From Chromera velia (lineage: Eukaryota), in contig JAHBMJ010000198.1 in NCBI GenBank assembly GCA_018398765.1, positions 1 through 54,174 on the forward strand: DNA of 54,174 bases. Direction: 5' to 3'. Below are positions 37,733 to 50,500 of this stretch, piece by piece. Both the position numbers and the translations under genes were made by a program. Under the pieces are notes generated by a model. That model saw nothing but the letters and a program-made list of their open reading frames with translations, searched no databases and was not told the DNA's origin. Positions within the stretch are counted from its first letter, which is position 1, and every line of letters starts with the position of its first letter.

Positions 37733-40700
37733 ACATGCAGAGTCAGACCAGCAGGATTGACCTTGCTTCCCTTGCCAAGTCCTCTCTTCCCTGTCGGTGG
37801 GCAGGGAGAGCCCCGACGCCCAAACCTGTGCAACAGGCAGAGAAGGCGACAGAGAAACAGACACAGCAGAAGGAGACCACAGAGGAGGCTGGTAAGCTCT
37901 TAAACTCTTTTTGTCTTTCCCTCTCTGCTTGTTATGAGCAGCTTCGTCGAATGAAGTCGGTACTGACGTCTTCAGAAGAATCGCAGCAGCAAGGCAAATG
38001 CTCCTTCTGTGCGCCAATCTTTTATTCCTCTCTTCTTTCCACTCTCTGTTGATGCAACGAACCATAGTGAGAGCTTGACCAAACACCGTGGGCTTGTTTT
38101 TTCTATCCTTCTTTGTGCTTTGGGGGAGAAGGCCTCGCCAGGCGCACGTCAAGTGCTGCTTCAGCATCAAGAATCATTGTCATGAGCTCATACAAGCCTG
38201 TATGTATATGGCTGGATTGATTAGATGAAGAGGAGCTGGAGAAACCGGAAGACCTGCCACAGAGAGTGATGGCACCCAGAGCAACGACAGTCATGAGGAG
38301 AAGCATGTTCGTATCCGCTGCACAGGTCAGCTGCCAAACATGAGGGAGGAATGTTTTCCCTCCATCTTGTCATCAATACTTTCTTTCATCGCGTCTTTTC
38401 TTCACATGGGGTTCTGGCCGGATAGACGGAATGTCTGGTAGCACTTCCGTTGGCTCTCCTGCCTGGATTGTTTCTCTCGATTCAGCCACTCCACGATGAT
38501 CCCCGCTGTCGCAATTTTGAATTCTTTCTTTGCACTTCCTTCCTGTTCCTCCTGCATTTCTCGCTGTGGGTCTCTTCATCTACCTCCCGCAGTTGGCCTC
38601 CTTGCAAGCCTTTGCACTCCCAGCAAGTCCCCAACCAACGAAGCCCAGAGACAGGGGAGCAAAGGCCAAACAGCAGCAGACAGCAGCCAAAAGATCTTCC
38701 TTCTCAGAACCTCCAGCAACAGACAGGGAAAGAGGAGCAGGGCCCAATCCTGTCCTTCCAGCCCCCGACAGACCCCGGATGACGATCGTTGAGAAGGACA
38801 GGGACAAGGAAAAAGAGGGGAAGCAGCAGGGGGGGGGAGGGAGTATGGAGTCTCCTCTTCCCGTTTCGCCCTCAACAGAAGGAAATGCTTCCACGAGAGT
38901 GCGAGCAAAAACGGCAGCGTACGTCGTTGATTCTTTTACTTATATACCCTTTGTCTCTATTGTTTTCGCTCTCGTATTGTGTTTTCCTCATCTTCATTCC
39001 TGAATTCGTTGTGCCTGAGACAGGGAAGACAGACACGAACACTCTTGCTTCTTTGCACATAGGCAACTTTGAATTTTAGATGCCCGTCCATTTGAATCGA
39101 ACATTTCGTTTCTCGCACCCCCCTTCCGCCGTCTCTCTTCACGCAGGCAAGAAAGAGACGAGAGCGGAGAGACAAGCGGAGAGACCAGCGGTGGAAAGAG
39201 TGGGGGTCAGAAAGAATTTGGAGGGACCGTTGGATTCGCCGCAGTGGCAAAACTCCGGCAGCAAGTGAGCTTGGCTGTCTTTCTACACTGGAGTATGAGT
39301 GTGGAAGAGCAGTTTTGGTGCTCTTTCTTTGGTCTGGCTCAGCGTGAGAGACAGGCAGGCAGATAAGAAAATGAAAAGAGGGCGGGAGGCCGTCGTTCTT
39401 CGATGTATCATTCGATCCCTCTGACATCCATGCTCTTTCAGAAATCAATCCCTTATGAACAACTCAACGAAAGGCTTCTTCGTAGACGGGACTGATGTTC
39501 CGTACACATGCGAGAAGTGGACTGAAGATCCAAATAGAGATAGGAGCAGGGTTCGAATTTCGTACCCATAAAAACAAGATGAATGCTTGTCCGCAGGCCA
39601 AGAAATCCCGTTTGATCGACTTCGCCAGGAGGGACACGAACCAACAGAAGGACCTCCAGAAGGAGAAGGAAGAGGCCAACATCCAGATGATTCGAAAGGC
39701 CTTCATCGATGCTGGTCGGTCTGTGTCTCTGTCTGTTTGTGTGTCACGGTGTGTGTGTACGTGTGTGTGTGTGTGTGTGTGTGTGTGCATGAATGAGAGA
39801 GCCCCCATACCGACCGCTCCGCGAGTGAGCCGATCAGCAAAGCAATGCGAGCACTCGAAGCAACGAAAGGAACGGCATCGGAAAGGGGCTTCTTTTGCAC
39901 GCAATCAATCAACCTGTTTGGCAAATTAGGTAAAGGTATCAAGCCTTCCGACCCCTTCTCCTTCTTCTCTCGCCCACTTTTTCCTTCATGATCACCCACT
40001 TAGTGCTCATCGTCTCCTCACGTCTGCCCCCCTCCCTGCGCATGCATCAACCTGCCTGCCTGCCTGGATGGATGGATGGATGCAGCGACCCGTAGCGGCG
40101 TGTTTGTCCCGTCCTACTTTGCCACCTCAACGGACACCGTCGTTAGCCTTGCCCCTCCCAGTCCCCCGCCCACAACAGGGCGGCGCACCATCGTTCCCTC
40201 AGACCTACCAGGGGGGGCACAGGGCGAAAGGTCAAAACAGGGAGGAGGGGCGCCCCCCCCAAAGGCTGTACAGACCCACGGGCACACACAAACCCCCCAC
40301 CCCTCTCCGCAGCATCCCGGACGATTTATGAACGAACGAGCGAAAGCTGTCGCAGCAGCCAATGCCGCAGCTGAAGCTCAAGCTCAACTGGAGAAGACTC
40401 GCTCATTACTTTTTCTCCATCCGTCTGCATGTGATCAGTTACTCCGTCTCCCATTGAAGGATCACCCCTGTCCTCCTCCCGTATCACCCCTGGATGCTCT
40501 CCTTTCACCCGATGCCTTCTTCTACTCCGACTTTCTTCGAGTCTCTGCCATGCAAATTCCTGCCGAGACCTTTCAGCCCAATTACTGGACGGTCGCTGTG
40601 ATCGCTTCCAAACGCAAAATTCCTTTTCCTCGGGAGGAACTCAGGCGGTTTGTGCAAAACAGGTGGGGGTTAGGGGATATACGGAAGTGGCAAAATATCG

Positions 40701-43700
40701 ATTCGATTCCATCGACCTATGTATGCACCGAGAGAGAGACGAAAGGTCGGGCCGTTGCTGCTTCATATCCTTCCCGCCTTCTGCCATAATGCCCATATGA
40801 CCTTTTCTTCTTTCGTAAATAACCTGTGGAAGTGAATCTGCACAGAGAAAGACCCATGCAGTCCTCGAAGGTTGTGGGAGGAATTTCTTTCGTTTTCCGT
40901 TCCTCTCTCTCATTTATATGTGTATGTGCGCGTTTTTTCAGAAAGCCCGCATTTGGTCTGAAACGCCACCCGCCCTCTGCGTTCCACGACTTCGACGAGG
41001 CATCGAACAAGAGCAAGGTTCCCGACTGGCCCAGCAACGCAGCGGGATTCCAGGCTTCGGACCTGTGGGATGGAGGTGGGCCCTTGGAACCTCGGTACAG
41101 AGAGAAGGAGGGCACCCAACGACCTCAGAAGAAACTACTCAAGTGAGTGAGTGAATGGGGCCAGTATGCACACGGGGAGAAGAAAGAGTGAGCAAGATCA
41201 ATTCGATAAGATATGGAAAAGTAACGAGAGGACATATGACTGCCTGAGTATGAAGGATTGTGCAGATATGTGGCAAGGATTAAAACCTAGCCAGACACAT
41301 TTAGCAGTCAGGAAAAGTCCAACTGCGAGCCTTTCTATTGCGCTTCCTCAATCATGGCGCTAGATTCGTCGTTTGGGTTCAATTTCCTGCGCGTTGATTG
41401 ATGCAGAAAGATGGTCCGATCCCTTTCCCGAGAACTGACCGGGGAGGTCGTCAAGGAGCTCAATCGGAGGTTTGTCCATTTGTTCGTCCTTTTTTTTTGT
41501 TTGTCTGTTTGTTTGTTGTTTGTTTGTTTGTTTATGTGCTCATTTGTATGCGTTTGTTTCCACCTGTGTCTCTTTTCTTGTTCACCCGTCCGCTTCTCCC
41601 CCTCTCTCTTTCTTCGTTTATCCGTGTAGTTTCTCTTTGCCACTTCCTATCGCTGCTTTGTCCCTTTGATCAAACCTTCACACACAGAGACCGAGCATGT
41701 CAGTATTGTCCGTGTGCAAAAAATAGATCCCCATGTTCCCACAGAAGGAACTCCGAGACGCACAGAAAGGAAGGCAGAAACAAAGAGAAGAAGAACACAC
41801 ACACAAACACACGCGCGAGCGCGAAAGGAAAGCTGGAGAAGCCTCTGCCGCTCAAGCCTCTTCGCACTTGTCTTCGCTGATCTGCAGTCTGGCTGTCTCT
41901 GTGCCAATGCCCAGACAGGTCTAGCGCTCCGTGCCGATGCAAATTGTGCAAGACTCTATAGAGACGGGGTATCGTCTTTCGATCCCGCACTCTCTCTCCC
42001 TCTGTCAACATGATACACATCCCCATCTACCTGCCTGTCTGCCTGCCTCCCTGCCTCGATCCCTGACAGGATCGAGGGGGACAAAAAATTCCTCCACCCC
42101 CTCTACGAGCAATGGTTCGATAAGGTCCCTGAGAGGCGACTGAGGATGTTGCAGGCATCACAGGGGGCATCTGCAAGAGGGACGGGGAAGCCAGATGGAC
42201 TTTCTGGGAGGGGACGTTGGGCGTCGCCTCGTGAGTCCGTGACTGAAGGAAGCGCTAGAAGGTCAGCTGGTTGGCTGTTTCTTCTTATCCCGTGAGCCCC
42301 TTCTCTTCTCTTCTCTTCTCTTCTCTTCTCTTCGGTTGTGGTCTGCCTCAATTGATTCGCTATCTTTTGAAGAAGTCGCCTTTTCTTCATCTGATAGATG
42401 TCTTCTGATTCGATCTGCACACCGATCAAAGGCAAGGTCGGCATGTGCGTCTTCTTTCTTCCTTCCTTCCTCCCTTCCTTCCTTTCTTATCGATGAGTCG
42501 ATGTGTGGCTTAATTTTTGGCTGCGATCTTACTCTCCCTCTCAAAGGTCCGTTTTCATTTTGCTTTTTTCTTTTTTCCCCTTGACGCCTCCCTGAAATAA
42601 TCGATACGTACAGGAAGTCTGCAATTCGGGCGGCTCACAGTTGTTGTTTGCTGTTCGATCTGTCGGAATCTCACGTTCTTTCGGCAAAATCTGTCTGCAT
42701 TTTTGATTTACTCCCCTTGACTCCCCCCCCCCGAACTGATTGACACCCATGCACACGCATGCAGGAAGTCTGCGATCAGGGCGGCTCTCCTTGCGGCAGT
42801 GGCACCGATTGCGATGGACAGCAATCGGCGGATTCGGACAGCCTCTGTCCCCATTCTGTCGGCCCACACAGGGGCACCCATGGGAAAGGGGGAGAAGGGC
42901 GGGGGGGGCGTTTTAGAGCTTCCAGTCGGGCGCTGGAGGGAGCGTGGACTCACTGAGGACTTTCAAGGAGGCATGAGTGCAGGGGGACAGTCGAGGACTA
43001 TGCGAAGGTCTACTCTCCCACCGATTCAAATCAATTTGCCCGACACAGCTCGCCATGACATCGCCACACCGCCAGAGAACGGGGAGATGACAGGTGGGTC
43101 ACTGACAGAAGGAAGAAATGGGTCACCTAACGGTGGGATGTCCGGTAGAGGGAGGCAATCTCATCGAGCATCGGGGAAGAATGTTCCGACAAGGCGACGC
43201 AAGAGTGTAGCCTCGATTCTTCTGAAGAACCAAACGGAATTTCGAAAAGGTTCCTCCCCCAATACTGGAGGTCCAGCATCCGTGAAGTCCCTCCCTGCAC
43301 GTGCATCCCAGGCTCTTAGAGCCCGTAACGAGCCCGAAGCGGTGGTCGAGCAAGCATCTTTCAACCTACAGGGGGGACAGGGACAGCAACCCCACGCCGC
43401 AGGTTCGGGCCGAGACATGGCGACTTCGTTCGACGCGCCGCCACAACCTGCCCCAGTATCCTCCCGTCGCCGCACGTCGATTTCGTACGTCAACCAGATT
43501 CAGTCTCATGGTATCTACACAAGCAGACAGGGCGACGGACGGCTTCTAGAGAGGCTCTCTGGCGAGGGGGCGATGGCAAGACGCACTAGCCAAAGACGGG
43601 CCAGTGGGGGGGAGACGGACTTTCCAATTCCGCAGGATCCGGACAGAGGCAGCTCAGCAGAGGGAAGGGAACCGTGCCCAAGTCCCGTTGTGACGAATCC

Positions 43701-43749
43701 CGCCTCAAGCTACCACTCTCCAGGTACTGTTTATGCAGAAGAGTTGTGA
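33999..43749 (+). CDS. Multi-exon IQ-motif-containing protein of unknown function
   Basis: First exon starts at ATG 33999. IQ-like motifs AASLIQSFWR, AATKLQHWMK and AAFRLQKMWR sit in exons flanked by canonical splice sites. A long low-complexity last exon ends at TGA 43749. Could be more than one gene. Confidence 0.55.
37301..37733. repeat. ~430-bp compound (TG)n microsatellite with GTGTCT, GTGTGC and 14-bp GTGTGTGGGTCTAY sub-arrays (intronic)
   Basis: Directly visible; ends at acceptor TGCAG 37740. Confidence 0.95.
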
Positions 43750-45519
43750 ATTCATGTATGAAACTCGCAGTGCAACTCGATTCAGTGACGAGTCGAGTCC
43801 TAGGCTAGGTCCTAGGTCCAGGACGGTAATTCAATGCAGGTGACAGGCGTTGTATCGCTGACTGCATGAATATCTAACTTAAATTCATTTTTACTTTATC
43901 CACATTTTCTTTTTATTTTATTGAATTGAATGGATTGTTATATGAACTTTTATAAATAGTTTTTATTCAAATCTAGATTCAAATTGGATATGTATTACTA
44001 AAATAAATGGTGAGGCAGGTTACAAGGTAGTACAGCTTACAGGGTTAATTCAAACACTGATTCAAACTAGTTCAAACAATTCACTAGATAATTCAAGTTA
44101 CCGTAAATTTAACATGTTAATAAATTAAGGAGCCAGATATCGATCTAGCTATAGTATTATATTCAAGTTAGGCCTAGAGTTATAGGTTTAAGGTATTCTT
44201 TCTGCGTATTATATTGTTACTATTGTATTGTTGCGGTTAAAGCTGGTGTCGCCTGGCGAGCCACCACTTAAGTTAGGCTCTGGCCAACCGGGGCATAAAA
44301 TATAAATTCCGTTCACATTCATTCATGTACTTAAACTCTACTATAGATATAGCGGGAAGGCCCAGTACAGAACCTATCAATCACTTAATCAATCAAATTT
44401 CAGAGTTGTTAAGTCTCGACAAACCTAAGTACCAAAATCCGATACCGACCCCCTGATCCAAATTTTTTTGGTACTTTCGGTACCTTTTCAGTACTTTCGG
44501 TACCGGCTTTTTTACATATTCTAAACAGGTTTTTAGAACTCTTTACAGACTGTTTATACGCCGTTAATTAGGATACTGGAATGCTCAAAGATGACTAGCA
44601 TGAACTTTTGATGTCAAATTTGAAGCGCGAGGGGGGGGTGCGCGCCTGCATAGGCCGCGGCGTGTGGGCCCTGGGCCGCGCATTATGTGTGTCTCGCGTA
44701 TCCTCACATGGATGCAAAACTGCCATCTGAAGCATCACCGTCTCCTTACATGAATTTTGGGGCTGCACACGTGCACCGCCACGAAAAAAAATTTTTTGGC
44801 CCCCCCTTTAAGGTACACTTCAACCCTGAAATGTACCTTAAGGGGGGACGGGGTCAGAGAGGGCTTTGTGGTACGGTTGATGCAAAAAAAAAGAAGAGAT
44901 GAGGCAGAAGGAGCGGTACAACCGCCACCGGTACCCTCTAGGACGCAAGGCAGTCCACTTTTTAGGGCTTTTTACCTCCCCATTCGCTCTAGCCAGCGTC
45001 TGTTACGTCGTTCCGGGCCTCTTCTCCATGTGTATGACGCCTTCGGCCCGGGGCCCGCCCCCTACTTGGCACGACCCGTCCCGGCCGGCCCCACCCGGAC
45101 CCCCTCTGAGTGCACACGCCTCTCCCCCCCGGGACCAACACCCTTTCACAAGCACGAAGCTCCGTCTCTCTTGTCCACATAACTTTGTACTACTCCCTCT
45201 GCAGCCTTTTTAGGTCTGATAACCGCTTTGTGACACCCGGTCCGGACCCTGCGCTGGACCTCGGCCCGGCTTGTCCTGGTCTGGCCATGGTGATGGCCAG
45301 CCCCGGCCCGACACGAACCTGGACTGTCCTCTCTACCCGTCGATCCCCTAGCAGCACGTAGAGCTCCCTCTCTATCCCTTCTAGCGCCCGGCCGTCCTCT
45401 CTCTCTATTGCTTTCCGTACATGCGTCTCTTACACCTCGCTCCAAGCCATCACATGTCCCCCAGTGGCACTGCCGTGCAACCCCACCCTGCACCTCACCC
45501 CTCCAAGCCCCTAGAGCGA

Positions 45520-46930
45520 CTGACCAAAGAAACAAAAGAGGCAGCCAACTGAGCTTCAGCTTTCCAACGCATACACGAGGAAGCCTTAAAGCCTGCATCC
45601 AGACAGACAGTATGAATAGAATGAGGGCAAGAAAGAAAAAGAGGAGTGGGCATCTCTCTAACAGAACGCAACCACTTGCCCAGCGTAACACAAAGAGACG
45701 TTTACGGCCAGACTCACCAAAAATCCTAGCACAAAGAACTCCAGCTTCCCAACATATACACAAGGAAGCCTTAAAGCCTATATCCAGACAGACAGTATGA
45801 ATAGAATGAGGGCAAAAAAGAAAAAGAGGAGTGGGTATCTCTCTAACAGAACGCAACCACTTGCCCAGCGTGACATAAAGAGACGTTTACGGCCAGACTC
45901 ACCAAAAATCCTAGCACAAAGAACTCCAGCTTCCCAACATATACACAAGGAAGCCTTAAAGCCTATATCCAGACAGACAGTATGAATAGAATGAGGGCAA
46001 AAAAGAAAAAGAGGAGTGGGTATCTCTCTAACAGAACGCAACCACTTGCCCAGCGTGACATAAAGAGACGTTTACGGCCAGACTCACCAAAAATCCTAGC
46101 ACAAAGAGCTCCAGCTTCCCAACACATACACAAGGAAGCCTTAAAGCCTGCATCCAGACAGACAGTGTGAATAGAATGAGGGCAAGAAAGAAAAAGAGGA
46201 GTGGGTATCTCTCTAACAGAACGCAACCACTTGCCCAGCGTGACATAAAGAGACGTTTACGGCCAGACTCACCAAAAATCCTAGCACAAAGAGCTCCAGC
46301 TTCCCAACACATACACAAGGAAGCCTTAAAGCCTGCATCCAGACAGACAGTGTGAATAGAATGAGGGCAAGAAAGAAAAAGAGGAGTGGGTATCTCTCTA
46401 ACAGAACGCAACCACTTGCCCAGCGTGACATAAAGAGACGTTTACGGCCAGACTCACCAAAAATCCTAGCACAAAGAGCTCCAGCTTCCCAACACATACA
46501 CAAGGAAGCCTTAAAGCCTGCATCCAGACAGACAGTATAAATAGAATGAGGGCAAGAAAGAAAAAGAAGGATGGGCATCTCTCTGACAGAACGCAACCTC
46601 TTGCCGCCCTTGCATACAGAAACTTGCAATCGCAAACTGACCAGAGAGACAACACGAAAGCAACTCTCCTTCCATATGAAGGGCACGAGGGAGCACCAAA
46701 CCCTGCATCTACGCAGCCAGAATGAAAAGAAGAATGGGTGAATAGAGAAACCCACGTGGATCATTCCCTGACATGAGTTGACTGACTGAAGCCGCGTTGT
46801 ACCGAGAGACGCCCAACCCCCAAGTGACCAAAGAGATGAGACGAACGCAACTCCTTCTGCACACCAGAGGCAATCGAGAGCTCCAAACTCCTGCATCCAT
46901 ACCATATGAAGAGGAAGGAAAAAGGGTAAA
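45520..46930 (-). repeat. 185-bp tandem array (5 near-identical units 45581-46505 plus partial/diverged flanking units); each unit is a 60-nt exon-like segment plus a 125-nt intron-like segment on the minus strand
   Basis: AAGCCTTAAAGCC recurs at 45581, 45766, 45951, 46136, 46321 and 46506 (period 185). Diverged units lie near 46691 and 46878. The minus strand shows TGCAG|60 nt|GTGAGT. Confidence 0.9.
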
Positions 46931-47261
46931 CAGATGCATCAACCCAGGTCTTTCTGACGTAACAATTAAAACCCCTTACCCATACAAAGTGTTGTTTAAA
47001 AGGAGACGGCAAAGCTTAGCCCACCTCAAAAGTGCAGCCACACTACAGCACCGGCGCACGATCCCCAGCAACAGGCCCACAACAAGTGCACTCTACAGAA
47101 AATTTGCATAGCAACGTGAAGCTATAACTGAAGGGAATGAAGCAGGATCTTTTAATTTCTTCCTTGCTATCTGATAGATGCCTCGGCCTGCAAAAGTATA
47201 TAATCGGGTTTCTACTGTACAGCCAAATATTCGGATTGGGATGCGTGCGTCAGTCAATCGT

Positions 47262-47373
47262 GGCAGCCCGCGCGGGCCGGTTGGGGCAGGCCGCGGCACA
47301 GACGCACGTACGTACGGCGCGGCGCTGCATGCCACGTGCGGCATGCACGCAGACCCACCGGCCCGGCCTGCCA
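47262..47373. promoter_or_regulatory. GC/CpG-rich imperfect inverted repeat between the 185-bp array (-) and the dead ORF (+)
   Basis: TGGCAG..CGGGCCGGT..GGG / CCCACCGGCCCGG..CTGCCA arms around a GCACGTACGTAC / TGCATGCCACGTGCGGCATGCA core. Confidence 0.45.
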
Positions 47374-47570
47374 CTGTGCTACAACACTTCCAACCTTCAC
47401 TCTCATACACTCCGGGCTCTAATTTAAAACCTTTAAAAACAACAAAAGAATCGCTAAAGATACACTTAAACGATTTTGAATATGTTTAAAGTAGTTTAAA
47501 CTGTTTGTATATTTAAAAAAATTTTGGAGTCAGAATTAGTGTTGGAGTCGGTCTGGTCCCGTTTTCACAT

Positions 47571-50500
47571 GTGAGCACTGATTCCCCAGCTTCGAAGCCC
47601 AAAACCAGCCTCCGTGGTATGACGGGGAGGGGCCAGACTACATCGGGAGAGAGCAAATGCCCTGACCTACCCCTATTCCAGCCCCGAAAGCCCCGCCAAC
47701 CGCAAACCCAAGGGACCACTTTGACTTCACTCAATGCACTCTCACACAGTGCCATGAATTCACCGCCACTTTCCTCAGTCTCTTTACCCTTTTTAAAATA
47801 GCAAATTTCGGACCTAGATTTCGGATATCAAATCGGCCCTGAGAGGAGCACAAGAGGCCTGCTATATGCTACAGCTGCCTTTGCCCTACACGACCCCTCA
47901 CCCCCAGCCAAGGAAACAGAATACTACAACCCCTTCTACAAAGCCCGCCGGGAAGGAGGGGAGGTTATGTACAGGCCTTGCACTCACTTTCCCATATCGG
48001 GAGCGTGGGACGAGGACGATGAACATAATGGTCACCACGACGGACGCCTGCATCGAGAAGAGACCGACGACGGCTACCCCGTTCACCGCGATGCCTCAGA
48101 CTGAGAGACCAGAGACCCTGCCCCTCTGTATGAGCCCGGCGCTGACGCCGGGCTCTACGCAGATTTCATTGATAAGATGGGGGAAGACGGTCGGTACATG
48201 GCTAGCAACTCTACCTTAACCGCAATCCTCAATCTGATGCTCACAAACCGCTCTGTCAGATAGCATAACCTCGCAAGCTATGTTAAACTTACTGACTGGT
48301 GCATGCTATTTGCGTACCTGCGCGGGTTTGACGATGTCACCACCCATTTACAGCAACCCACCTTCAAGAACAAGGAGGGAAAGTACCGCTCGCTTTATAA
48401 GAAAGAGTATGCAAGCAAGTACCTATACGATATCCTCCAACTCGCAGTCGTAAGGTATGAGGAAGAAACCGGCTTTCTTGCCCCGCCCCCCCTCTGGCCA
48501 CTCCGCAGCGTGCTCTTCACCCCCACCCGCACAGGACAGATGACACTTGTCCGAGACGAGGTTGACGGTATCGAAAAATGGCTTCCCTGATGGGATGAGA
48601 AAACAGGGTAGTGGTACAACCTCTGCCATCACACCTCTTCGGTGGCCGGACAACCTGCTATTGCATAACCCCCCATCTCACCCACACCAGTAGAAGTGTA
48701 CCAGCTGGTAGGAAGAGCATCAGGACTTCTTCATGTCGAATGGCATGGTCATCCCAATGATAAGTCATGGCCTCTCATGGGCCCCAACAACTCTGGACAG
48801 TTCCCCTCCAGTACCGACTGGGCCTTCCCAGAACCGATCGCCCTTCAAGGAGCCAGCTCCAGCGCAGTTAAATGGGCATGGGGGCAGACACTTGACCTCC
48901 CAGAAAGGAAATACAACCTCACCCCCCCCCGACTCCTCAAAGTGCTCAGAACCCCACCTGCCCTCCCACCCCAACCCGGAGACCGAAAGGATTACGACTA
49001 CGGGCCACAGAATGTGAACGTCAGGGAAATCCATGACTGCGTCGAGCTGTATGAAGACGGCCGTTTCAGATGGAGGAAGGAAGCCGACGCCACCATGGGG
49101 AATTTCCCAATTCCAAACAGTAACCGCACCCAGAGGAAGGCCCACTTCACCACGCATGCACCCAACAACATAAGGGTAAAAATTTTAAAACCCATAACCA
49201 CAATCGAAAAACGCATGTGGAACAGCACCCGGGACTCCGAGAAAGGGAAAGGCGACACCATCCTAACTTCTTCAAACTCATGCCCACCCTCCAATGGGTG
49301 GTGGATCACCGTGATGGGTGGTGGCGACCCCCAGTGGATTCTTCATGAGACAGTCTAAATGCCAGAGCACAACCATATGAACAGCAGGACACCGATCAGA
49401 AATGGAGCATTCTGATCAATCACCCCAAGGCAGGAGAATGAACTCACCTCCCCCACCCACCCGCCACAGACAGCCTCGGCGAGGCTATTCTCCTCCTACT
49501 CAAACAAAAGGATACTGGGGATAAGCCGAAGAGGCCCCGTGCACAGCCATACGATGAATACCCGCACCATCTACCCCCACACCGGAAAGATGAACATGAC
49601 AATGACGAAGGGGACGATGCCTAAGGGGGGCCCGGCGCACCATCACAGCAGCGCTCCCACGCTCACACAGGAGCAGTGGCGGCCTCTTCCACATACTTGG
49701 GATAGAGAGAAGGCTCACATGCTCCGGCACAGGACGAGCAGGGAGACACAGTGATGAGAGACCCCTTGGAGCCCCCGGAACCCCAGGAAGTCCCACTAGG
49801 GACCCCTCTACTCCGAACCTCGGATCTCCTCACTGATCCACGCCTGCTCCCAGAGGCCAGACAGAGCACCAAGGCCCTCCCAACACCCACCCTGGCCCTA
49901 GCGGCCCTGCTCCTGGATCCTCAGGCCTGTACCCTACCAGATGGACGGATGGGTACACACCTTAGCCTCCGCCTCACAGCACATCAGAACCATCCTTCAC
50001 CTCCCTTCCTGTCAGGAAACAAGACGCCGGTCACTGCGGAAGGAGACAGGAACGAACCTCCACCGATTCTTATTCATGGAAATTCAGCCAGCATCCTTAC
50101 TCCCCTTCCTCAGCACGTACCTCCACCCCCTTTCCTTGACCTGCCTCTCCACCAACTGTGGCAGCGGCAGCCCCACATCGCCTAGAGACTCTTATGGAGC
50201 CCCTCCATCGGCCTTGACTACCTCCAGTGACAGCCGCACACGGTAGCAGAGGCAATCCTCACCTCCACTGGACTCCCCTCAATCCTCATTGCCCACCGCC
50301 TCCTACAAATGACCCGTCTCCTCACGGACCGACAAACGCACACAGAACTGGAGAGCAACCCTGCACCCTTGGATGTAGCTCTCCGGATCCTCCTGGCTAT
50401 CGTTGTGTAGCACGAGTGGACCACCTGCCGACTGACCACCAAAGGAGTCACCGCCACTCTTCAACGCCCAGGTCAGTCACTCCTGTGTCACCCCAAAGTG

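Noticed and set aside
37301..38052. Cys/Val-rich ORFs (also His/Thr-rich ORFs at 8405-9233 and similar)
   Set aside because: Translations of (TG)n/(CA)n microsatellites in introns.
45581..46600. CRISPR array
   Set aside because: Units are contiguous and near-identical with no unique spacers. There are no cas genes and the context is eukaryotic.
47571..49415. Alternative genetic code or stop-codon readthrough
   Set aside because: All three stop codons interrupt the frame, and intact genes in the window terminate normally at TAA and TGA.
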